Shown: piece after piece, positions 26,512 through 33,176 of the stretch
How the letters are laid out: the number at the start of each line of letters is the position of its first letter
Numbering within the stretch: the stretch's first letter is position 1
Source of the DNA: a virus
DNA: 64,000 nt
IMG/VR virus record: IMGVR_UViG_3300035670_000079
Location: 1-64,000 of that record
Direction: 5' to 3' (one strand)
Notes under the pieces: generated by a model
The model's database searches: none
Told to the model about the DNA's origin: nothing
Seen by the model: only the letters and a program-made list of their open reading frames with translations
Position numbers and translations under genes: made by a program

Positions 26512-26746
26512 TTGCAAGTGCTTGCAATTATGACCTAAAAGACGGTCTGAACTGTAAAAGTGTACACACTTTTAGAAGTAAAAGTTGCAAGCGCTTGCAA
26601 GTATAACCAAAATGATGGTTTGAACTGTAAAAGTGTACACACTTTTAAAAGTAAAAGTTGCAAGCGCTTGCAAGTACAACCAAAATGATGGTTTGAACTG
26701 TAAAAGTGTACACACTTTTTAGTTTCATAATTGCAAGTACTTGCAA
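26512..26746 (+). repeat. 73-bp tandem repeat x3 plus a fourth palindrome
   Basis: TTGCAAG..CTTGCAA palindromes start at 26512, 26585, 26658 and 26731. Each unit also contains aaaagtgtacacactttt, an 8-bp inverted repeat. Confidence 0.9.
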
Positions 26747-26875
26747 GAATAGAGGTGAGCGGAATCAGAATGAAAAATTTTCGCTTATTGTTATAGTTAG
26801 TGGGGCGAGGCCGGCAGAGCCGGCTTAGTGGGTTACGTAGCGGTATAGTTGCGGCTCGTAGTGCGGTTGGGCGTG

Positions 26876-26944
26876 TTAGTGTCTCTTATCTCTGTTCTAA
26901 TCTCATGCCAATTATTAGCACCTCGCTTACGCTCGGCCCGGCGG
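26876..26944 (-). repeat. box + polypurine unit 3 (reverse)
   Basis: cacctcgcttacgctcggcccggc is the reverse complement of the unit-1 box. On + it is preceded by a pyrimidine-rich tract. Confidence 0.8.
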
Positions 26945-26954
26945 TTAAATTTTT

Positions 26955-27040
26955 CGGATAGTCCGCTGCCGAGGCGTTAGCCGAGGTGACACAAAGTAGT
27001 GAGGAGATAGGTAACAAGGTAGTGGAGAGAGATAGAGGCG
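26955..27040 (+). repeat. box + polypurine unit 4 (forward, divergent from unit 3)
   Basis: Box ccgaggcgttagccgaggtgacaca is followed by aagtagtgaggagataggtaacaaggtagtggagagagatagagg. Confidence 0.8.
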
Positions 27041-27162
27041 TGCCACGCTGGTTAATTTTTTATGCGCCAGGTAAAAGCTTGCAAGGCTTGCAAGTGCCCT
27101 CAATAATTTTAGCGGTAGGGATATTTCCGAGGGCTTTATTTTAGTGGGGAATTTATGTACTC

Positions 27163-27240
27163 AAAATTTTAGAGGCCCGGCCGAGGCGTTAGCCGAGGTG
27201 ACACAGATAAGTAATAAGGAGAGGAGTAGAGATAAGAATG
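27163..27240 (+). repeat. box + polypurine unit 5 (forward)
   Basis: Box aaaattttagaggcccggccgaggcgttagccgaggtgacaca is followed by gataagtaataaggagaggagtagagataagaa. Confidence 0.85.
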
Positions 27241-27326
27241 AAATCGAATCAAAAAATTCCCGTTTTCTGTAATGATACTGGAAAATTTAGAAATAGTGGT
27301 TGGGGCGGCGCGTTAGCCGCCCTCCC

Positions 27327-27399
27327 GCCATTTTGGCGTGCTCATTTTGACTGCTCAAAAAATAGGCAGCCATTTTGGCAGGAAATCGGCCAATTTGGC
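27327..27399. repeat. three GCCAWTTTGGC near-palindromes
   Basis: gccattttggc at 27327 and 27369, and gccaatttggc at 27389. Confidence 0.75.
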
Positions 27400-27464
27400 A
27401 GCAAAATCGCGTGCCAATTCTCAAAAATGAGAAAAAAATTTTATTATTATCGAAAATGATAAAA

Positions 27465-27510
27465 AATTTTCCCGAAAGTGAGAAACTTTTTCCCGAAAGT
27501 GAGAAAATTA
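27465..27510 (+). repeat. direct repeat ttttcccgaaagtgagaaa x2
   Basis: Two adjacent copies read directly from the sequence. Confidence 0.8.
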
Positions 27511-27584
27511 TCAGAATTTCGCGGATTGGTATGCCATAATGGCGTGCCAAACTCGCGGCGGTCGCCGGGAATTCTCATTTGTGG

Positions 27585-27672
27585 GAATCTTCTGTTTTTC
27601 CCTTCTCTTTTGTGGGAATTGGCATGCCATTTTATGTAATCTGGATAATTATTATCACCTCGCTCCGCTCGG
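27585..27672 (-). repeat. box + polypurine unit 6 (reverse)
   Basis: tcacctcgctccgctcgg is the reverse complement of the unit-2 box. On + it is preceded by cttctgtttttcccttctctttt. Confidence 0.8.
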
Positions 27673-27780
27673 TAGTGTAGTCAAACTGATACTGCCCGGT
27701 TTCTGACGGACAGTGCCCGGTTTCTGTGCAGTGCGAAGTCAGGGTATTTTCGGCGATCCTCTAAAATAGTTGGTCCGGCC

Positions 27781-27934
27781 TGCCAATTTGACACCCGCGC
27801 GAAAGCGGAGTAAACCCGCTTGTGGACAGCGGTTGACGGCCGGCTCCTAGTGGTCGTCTGCGTCGGCTCCCCTGCGTACACTGAACACATGCCAATTTGG
27901 CACATGCGTCGAAGCGGAGTAAACCCGCTTATGG
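27781..27934 (+). repeat. two ~45-nt copies of tgccaatttgRca...gaagcggagtaaacccgctt
   Basis: Copies lie at 27781-27826 and 27890-27934. Each ends in the hairpin aagcgg-agtaaac-ccgctt. Confidence 0.8.
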
Positions 27935-27958
27935 GCGGGGGCGGGCGGGTGATTTGGT

Positions 27959-28055
27959 TAGCCAAATTTGCATAACCAAATTGGCATAACCAAATTTGCC
28001 GAACCAAATTTGCCGAACCAAATTGGCATAACCAAATTGGCATAACCAAACCTGG
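27959..28055 (+). repeat. 14-bp tandem array x7 (AACCAAATTGGCAT / AACCAAATTTGCCG)
   Basis: Unit boundaries are 27974, 27988, 28002, 28016, 28030 and 28044, plus a degenerate first unit. Confidence 0.9.
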
Positions 28056-28180
28056 AGCGTGCCGCACGTTCACCAGTGTCCGGAGGTGACCTTCTGACGA
28101 TAATTCATAACGTGGCATAATGGCATATCGTGGCAAGCGTATAGTGACACGGGCGGAACTATACACGGGCATCGTCACTC

Positions 28181-28216
28181 TACTGTGTCCGCAGTAGGTA
28201 CTGTGTCCGCAGTAGG
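28181..28216 (+). repeat. 18-bp tandem repeat x2 (tactgtgtccgcagtagg), each an inverted repeat
   Basis: Two exact adjacent copies. Each unit contains TACTG..CAGTA. Confidence 0.9.
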
Positions 28217-28487
28217 TCACGCCCAGCGTGGACCGTAGGTGCCTGCCTTACTAAGCATGCGGCACCTGATGCGATGCTATGGGTCCAGAATCGCCTAGGA
28301 TGCGTTCTGACGCATCGAATCGGCGGACGATATATCCATCGTCCTGATAGGCTATCGTCGATCCTACGCGAAATAAGGTTTTACTTATACTAGGTCACGC
28401 AAGCGGGGACTGGTTGCAAGTGCTTGCAAGTGCAGGACTTGTGACTACGGGTTTCACCGTTGGTACGCGGTTTGCGTTTCTTTATAT

Positions 28488-28532
28488 CACGCCCAGACCG
28501 GCCACGCCCAGACCGGCCACGCCCAGACCGGC
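28488..28532 (+). repeat. 15-bp tandem repeat x3 (cacgcccagaccggc)
   Basis: Three exact adjacent copies. Confidence 0.9.
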
Positions 28533-28691
28533 CACTTGCCGTAGGTGACATGCGAGCATGAATTGAGATTCAGTCTCAGCTAAAAAATTAGTCCAGAAAA
28601 GTAATCGTCTGGGATAGACACTGCCGATACTGGTCGTCATAGTCCGCTTCGTTGGTTGTGTGCTGATGACGCTAACTGAAAGGAATGATTG

Positions 28692-28790
28692 ATGAGTAAG
28701 ACAGAATTCGTGATTGCTCTGTCAGTCGCTGTGATGTGGGCCGCGTGTGTGGCTTACAGTTTCTGTCTGGTTTTCTGTAAGGGGTTTTGA
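28692..28790 (+). CDS. possible 32-aa hydrophobic peptide
   Basis: MSKTEFVIALSVAVMWAACVAYSFCLVFCKGF, preceded by gaaagga. It ends 2 nt before the next ATG. Confidence 0.3.
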   Translation: MSKTEFVIALSVAVMWAACVAYSFCLVFCKGF

Positions 28791-28792
28791 AA

Positions 28793-29167
28793 ATGGCCGA
28801 TGCACGTAATCTTGCTCAGAATCTGGAGTCTCGTTTCAAAGGCAGTCGTCTCGCTGCCGTTGCTGCTGAGTGTCTGGAGTTGTTTCGGCGGGCTGATCGG
28901 CTCCAGAGAGCCGCTCAGTTGGCGTATGATGAGTCAGTGGGTGCTTATGCTGATGCTGATGAGTCCGGCGAACAACCCTACTTGCGGGCTGAGGAGATGC
29001 TTGGACATAGGGCGTGGCAACTCCGGGGGCAGGCGATTGCCTGCCTCAATAGGGAATTGGCCACGCTACCGATTGAGGCTCGGTATAACGTGTTGTCCAT
29101 TGCCTGCGGGCTTGGCGGTGTGCTGGACGATGCCTTGCCGAAGGCTGAAACGGTGCCGGCTCTGTGA
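28793..29167 (+). CDS. hypothetical protein (GC-rich island gene 1)
   Basis: Track ORF 28787..29167. The ATG is at 28793. The sequence is helical and Ala/Leu/Arg-rich, and its codon composition is visibly G/C-skewed. Confidence 0.55.
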   Translation: MADARNLAQNLESRFKGSRLAAVAAECLELFRRADRLQRAAQLAYDESVGAYADADESGEQPYLRAEEMLGHRAWQLRGQAIACLNRELATLPIEARYNVLSIACGLGGVLDDALPKAETVPAL

Positions 29168-29169
29168 GC

Positions 29170-29207
29170 CTGCTGGAAGCAAGTTTGACTCTCATCCGCG
29201 TTTGTTT
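29170..29207 (+). repeat. 38-nt island leader repeat, copy 1
   Basis: ctgctggaagcaagtttgactctcatccgcgtttgttt. It is followed by CCGGAGGTG at 29249. Confidence 0.85.
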
Positions 29208-29286
29208 CCTGCCCGGCGTGGTGCCGGGCGGGGTTTCATGGTCGGCTTCCGGAGGTGATCCGGGAGCCAGATAAGGGGTGTGTGCT

Positions 29287-29964
29287 ATGTCTACGATTAG
29301 GTGCTGGAATGCGTCTGCGTTTGCTCTGCTGACGATGCCTCTGCCTGTCGGGGCAGATGGACTCGTGCGGAGTCGTGACGTGCGGTCCTCTCTGCGGGGT
29401 GCGGGGTTGATCGAGTGCACCCGGCTCCGGGAGTCGGTCGAAACCGGCGGGCTGGAGCGTGTGTCTCTGGCAGCGACGCTGCGGGAGGGTGATACTCTCA
29501 CTCTCCCGGCGGGCTGGACGGTTGCGGGGGCAGTCCCCCGGAGCAAGCTGGTTCATGTGGTACGTGGGGAACTGCGGTCCCTCACGGCATCAATTGATGC
29601 CGCGGTGCACCACTACGCCGCCCTCGCCGGCGATGTCTCCGATGCCGAACGCAAGGCTTCGCGGGATGATGCCTATCGACTGATGCGTGAAATGGGCGAG
29701 AGCATCGAGTCCCTCGTTCCGGCGGGGCGGTTCGGCGTGCTGATGGTGCCGCCGGCGTGGCTGATGGCCCTGCTGCCGTCAGCCTTCCGGGTCAAGCCGT
29801 CAGCGGGCGGACGCTACCGTGGTCCGGGCATCACCGCTCCGGCCGTGTCCCTGCTGTCGGCGGACGATCTGATCGTCCCGTCTGCGAGTGACTCACAGCC
29901 GTCTGCCGGTGAGTCGCTGGAAGTCGTCTTCGCTGAAGCTGCGGCGGACTTGCTCAACGCCTAG
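29287..29964 (+). CDS. hypothetical protein (GC-rich island gene 2)
   Basis: Track ORF 29278..29964. The ATG is at 29287. Confidence 0.55.
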   Translation: MSTIRCWNASAFALLTMPLPVGADGLVRSRDVRSSLRGAGLIECTRLRESVETGGLERVSLAATLREGDTLTLPAGWTVAGAVPRSKLVHVVRGELRSLTASIDAAVHHYAALAGDVSDAERKASRDDAYRLMREMGESIESLVPAGRFGVLMVPPAWLMALLPSAFRVKPSAGGRYRGPGITAPAVSLLSADDLIVPSASDSQPSAGESLEVVFAEAAADLLNA

Positions 29965-30010
29965 CTGTTGCAAGTGCTTGCCAGTGCGGGGCGGGCCACT
30001 TCGGTCCGCC

Positions 30011-30048
30011 CTGCCGGAAGCAAGTTTGACTCTGTTCCGCGTTTGTTT
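30011..30048 (+). repeat. 38-nt island leader repeat, copy 2
   Basis: ctgccggaagcaagtttgactctgttccgcgtttgttt. It is followed by CCGGAGGTG at 30053 and ATG 30068. Confidence 0.85.
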
Positions 30049-30067
30049 TTGTCCGGAGGTGCTGAGA

Positions 30068-30292
30068 ATGATCGAAGTCAAGCGTGAACCGTGGGGCGTC
30101 CGCCAGTATGTCCGGCGTCTGCAATGGGAGGGCGGGGCAACCATCCCCGCCTGCGTCTGGCGGGGATGGCGGGAAGCCAAGCGGGACCGTGTGCGGTCTG
30201 CCGTACGGTCTGCGGGCGGCCGCTTCCGCATTGAAGCGGTCCGCTCCGAGGAAGGGCGGCGGATTGTTTCCGCCGTTATCGTTGAGTTTTGA
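30068..30292 (+). CDS. hypothetical basic protein (GC-rich island gene 3)
   Basis: ATG 30068 lies 8 nt after GGAGGTG. It is in frame with track ORF 29888..30292. Confidence 0.5.
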   Translation: MIEVKREPWGVRQYVRRLQWEGGATIPACVWRGWREAKRDRVRSAVRSAGGRFRIEAVRSEEGRRIVSAVIVEF

Positions 30293-30426
30293 ATAATTCT
30301 GGGATAACCGATATGCCGTGAGATAATTTTATCACGCGGCATATCGGTCCGCCATTCCGGCAGGCTGTCAATCTGACAGTTTGCCGGGGGCATGCCAAGA
30401 TGGCAGGTCCGGCGGGTGCGCAAACA

Positions 30427-30605
30427 GTCAATATGTATTTTTTTGCGTATTTTTTATTTTGCGTATTTTTTTGCGTATTTTTTATTTTTCAAACTTTTAG
30501 TCAATATGTATTTTTTTGCGTATTTTTTATTTTGCGTATTTTTTTGCGTATTTTTTATTTTTCAAAACTGGCAACCAATACGTATTTTTTTTTATTTTTC
30601 AAAAT
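30427..30605 (+). repeat. AT-rich 73-bp tandem repeat (~2.4 copies) built of GCGTATTTTTT sub-repeats
   Basis: Units start at 30427 and 30500, with a partial third from ~30573. Confidence 0.9.
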
Positions 30606-30671
30606 TCTAACTCTCTCAGCGTCCGCGAACAGGCATGCTCGAAACAATACATATTGCTCGAAAGAGCTAAC

Positions 30672-30716
30672 GTGCTTGGCGTGCTCCCGGTGCTTGACGT
30701 GTTCGACGTGCTTCGG
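30672..30716 (+). repeat. 9-bp tandem repeat x5 (GTGCTTNNC)
   Basis: The five units are gtgcttggc, gtgctcccg, gtgcttgac, gtgttcgac and gtgcttcgg. Confidence 0.8.
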
Positions 30717-30788
30717 CAGTTGCAAGACTTGCAAGCGTGCTACCTTAGTTAGGTGCGCGAAAACGGCAGATACGTGTAAAGTACGGAT

Positions 30789-30817
30789 TTGACTTACGAT
30801 TCACAGTGTGCTATAAT
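30789..30817 (+). promoter_or_regulatory. near-consensus sigma70 promoter TTGACT-N17-TATAAT
   Basis: Sequence is ttgact tacgattcacagtgtgc tataat. The -10 lies about 90 nt upstream of ATG 30909. Confidence 0.75.
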
Positions 30818-30826
30818 ACACTAGGG

Positions 30827-30874
30827 ATGTATCCTACGTTGAGACGTATCCTACGTTACGATGTATCCTGTATT
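30827..30874 (+). promoter_or_regulatory. three 17-bp-phased repeats (GTATCCTACGTT-like) in the 5' leader; candidate operator
   Basis: atgtatcctacgtt at 30827, acgtatcctacgtt at 30844 and atgtatcctgtatt at 30861, immediately downstream of the -10. Confidence 0.6.
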
Positions 30875-30908
30875 AAGACATACCTCAAACTAAAAAGGTG
30901 CTAGAAAG

Positions 30909-33161
30909 ATGCCCAGTTTTCCAAGTAAACGCCCGTATGGTGACAGTAGTGAGTCTTACAGTAGCAGTGAGTCTTACAACAGTGAGTCTTACAGCGATAA
31001 TGAGCTTGACAACAGTGATAGTGACAACAGTAGTCCTGTAGATAACGCTGAAGATAATAGTTCCGCTAGTAAAAGTTTATCTGTAGCGGGTGTTCTGACA
31101 CGTGCCGAAGAGGTGCATGCCAGCATTGCCACTAATTGGGTAGTACTTATATCTGATAGCCCTGCACCCACTACTCCTGAACGTATGCTCAGAGAAGCTG
31201 CAAAGCTTGGCGAGACTACTAAGCTCGGTGAGACTACTGAATTCAGTGAGGCTGCTCTGAATGGGCGTAGTTTAACACCGGAAGAAACCGCTAAAAGAGA
31301 TGCATTGCTGGATTTTGGGTTAATGGAGAGATTCCACAATGTAGCTTCCCAAGTCGCGGAATACTTCAAATTAGATAGGGCTTGTGCCTTGCGGCTGCGT
31401 AAGGCAACTGCCGCAGATTTTCAAGAGATAGCTAAAGGTAAGTGTAGTCCTAATAACCTTGCGGATCTCACGCTTGTGCGGTTAAGCCCATGTATTAGTG
31501 AGGGTTATGACCTTGGTGAGCTTTGCCAATGTGATTACAGCCGACACTCCCATACAGTAAAGCTCCTGTGGGATGTGCGGCGGGACATGGAGAAACTCCG
31601 CGATAACCCACACGTCAGACAAGAGGATAAGCCTAAATTGATAGAAGCAAGCCGTAAACTCTACGAAGCTGAGCATGTACTTGAGTTACTGCAATTCAGC
31701 CTTCTTAAATTTGCAAGTGCTTGCAAGCTCGGTGTTGTCACTATGCCGGAGTTGCATTTACCGAAAGACGCACGTGGTAACTTCGTTGCTCCTATGCTTT
31801 ACAGGGAGGAGGAATACGATACCAGCGGTATCCTGATATTGGAGGGGGAATTAATGCCGATGAATGGCGAAGTTCCAAGTAATCCGCGCACATGGCTACC
31901 TTCCAGCGCTAATAGTCGATCTGAATTCACCGAAAATGACTACGAATATCTTAAACATACTGCTAGTGCCGGGCCTTTTCAGCCGCAACCAAATAACTTA
32001 GTTGCTGGCATTCTTGTCAATATCCTGATGAATAACAGCAAAGCTTGCCGTAACTTGACTGACCTTATTCGGGAATTTCCAGTTAGACCTATGGCTGCCG
32101 TACATAATGAGGCTGCTGTACCTAATAACACTGCTGGTATACTCCGTCCGGTAACTCACGTAGTGTTGCCACACTTTGACAGAGCCAGTGTTATCCCTGC
32201 TACTAATTACGCTGTGGTGGAACTTTCGGATAGTGTTGATAACTGTGGGGAAACTATTGAAAACTATGCTTACAATCACCCCGATAATGACGGTCCTGTA
32301 AAACCCCTCACTACTAAGCAGGCTATTCGTAAATTTGGTTATCGCAAGACCGGTGAAATGGGTATTATGTCAATAAGTGATGCCAATCTTGCCACTAGCA
32401 ATGTCACAACCGGAATTACGGAAGTGTTCGGTAATGATGGTATTGAAGTGGATAGGTTTACACTCAATACACGGGAATATCGTCCTGTTGGTATCTCTTC
32501 GTGTAAATTTGAAGATATCTCATTTTTCATAGAAGTTCCGGGCATGCTTACCAGAGCTGCCCTTGCAGATGCCCTGCGTGAGTGCGCTCAAACATATTCG
32601 CATAGGTACACCACTAGTCACGAAGTTTTCATCAATGCTGACAAAAATCTTCGTGATATCCTCAGGCCTAATGAGTACCGCAAAGCGTTGGTAACAGCCG
32701 ATAACTACTATGCCTTTACGTTACGGCAGCCGGAGCAGCGATTAGTGTTTTTTTCTTATGGTTATGTACAGCCGCCGACATTGTCACAGCTTTACTCTAC
32801 TATTATCACTGGGTTAGAGCGTACATGTTACCGTGGGCGGACAATACTTCCTCGCCAATTTGTAGATGGCCGAGAAGTTATGAAATTATCAATTGAAGAC
32901 TTCAGTGCGGACGGGTCGCTTGCACAGCATAAGGTTATAGGTGAGCTTGAGATATCATTGGCTGCGGAACCTCCTATTGAAGATATCCCAGTTCTCGATA
33001 AAGCAAGCTTCGATAAGTATGGTAATCAAACCCGTACCCCCACAATCGTGGGCAAGTACAGCGTTAAAATTGCAAGTCTTGCAACTTTGAAGTTCACACC
33101 TTGTTATGATTCCGCTTATGCTAGTGGTGGCTCTGACGACACTTTTTCTGAAACACTGTGA
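30909..33161 (+). CDS. large hypothetical protein (750 aa) with Ser/Glu/Asp-rich N-terminus
   Basis: Track ORF. It is the first gene after the strong promoter. I recognised no motif. Confidence 0.7.
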   Translation: MPSFPSKRPYGDSSESYSSSESYNSESYSDNELDNSDSDNSSPVDNAEDNSSASKSLSVAGVLTRAEEVHASIATNWVVLISDSPAPTTPERMLREAAKLGETTKLGETTEFSEAALNGRSLTPEETAKRDALLDFGLMERFHNVASQVAEYFKLDRACALRLRKATAADFQEIAKGKCSPNNLADLTLVRLSPCISEGYDLGELCQCDYSRHSHTVKLLWDVRRDMEKLRDNPHVRQEDKPKLIEASRKLYEAEHVLELLQFSLLKFASACKLGVVTMPELHLPKDARGNFVAPMLYREEEYDTSGILILEGELMPMNGEVPSNPRTWLPSSANSRSEFTENDYEYLKHTASAGPFQPQPNNLVAGILVNILMNNSKACRNLTDLIREFPVRPMAAVHNEAAVPNNTAGILRPVTHVVLPHFDRASVIPATNYAVVELSDSVDNCGETIENYAYNHPDNDGPVKPLTTKQAIRKFGYRKTGEMGIMSISDANLATSNVTTGITEVFGNDGIEVDRFTLNTREYRPVGISSCKFEDISFFIEVPGMLTRAALADALRECAQTYSHRYTTSHEVFINADKNLRDILRPNEYRKALVTADNYYAFTLRQPEQRLVFFSYGYVQPPTLSQLYSTIITGLERTCYRGRTILPRQFVDGREVMKLSIEDFSADGSLAQHKVIGELEISLAAEPPIEDIPVLDKASFDKYGNQTRTPTIVGKYSVKIASLATLKFTPCYDSAYASGGSDDTFSETL

Positions 33162-33176
33162 AATTAAGGTAAAAAA

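Noticed and set aside
25887-28055. The repeat-dense region looked superficially like a CRISPR array.
   Set aside because: The repeats belong to many unrelated families. They are either strictly tandem with no spacers, or irregularly spaced and in both orientations. There is no repeat-spacer periodicity of 25-40 nt, and I see no cas-like genes.
27238-28220. Track ORFs 27238..27459 (+), 27287..27550 (-) and 27681..28220 (-).
   Set aside because: Their sequences are direct translations of the GCCAWTTTGGC sites, the 19-nt repeat and the 14-bp array (for example QIWLCQFG repeated). They lack convincing RBSs and sit on or against repeat DNA.
28800-30423. Overlapping and antisense ORFs in the GC-rich island: 28800..29258, 29046..29546 (-), 29236..29556 (-), 29459..29683, 29893..30423 (-) and 30084..30296.
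   Set aside because: High GC content suppresses stop codons in all frames. These ORFs are Arg/Pro/Ser-rich and overlap the better-supported + strand ORFs, which have ATG starts and SDs.
30392-30792. Track ORFs 30392..30610, 30400..30792 and 30516..30752 (Phe-rich).
   Set aside because: They are translations of the T-rich 73-bp repeats. They are low-complexity poly-F/Y/L products with no RBS.
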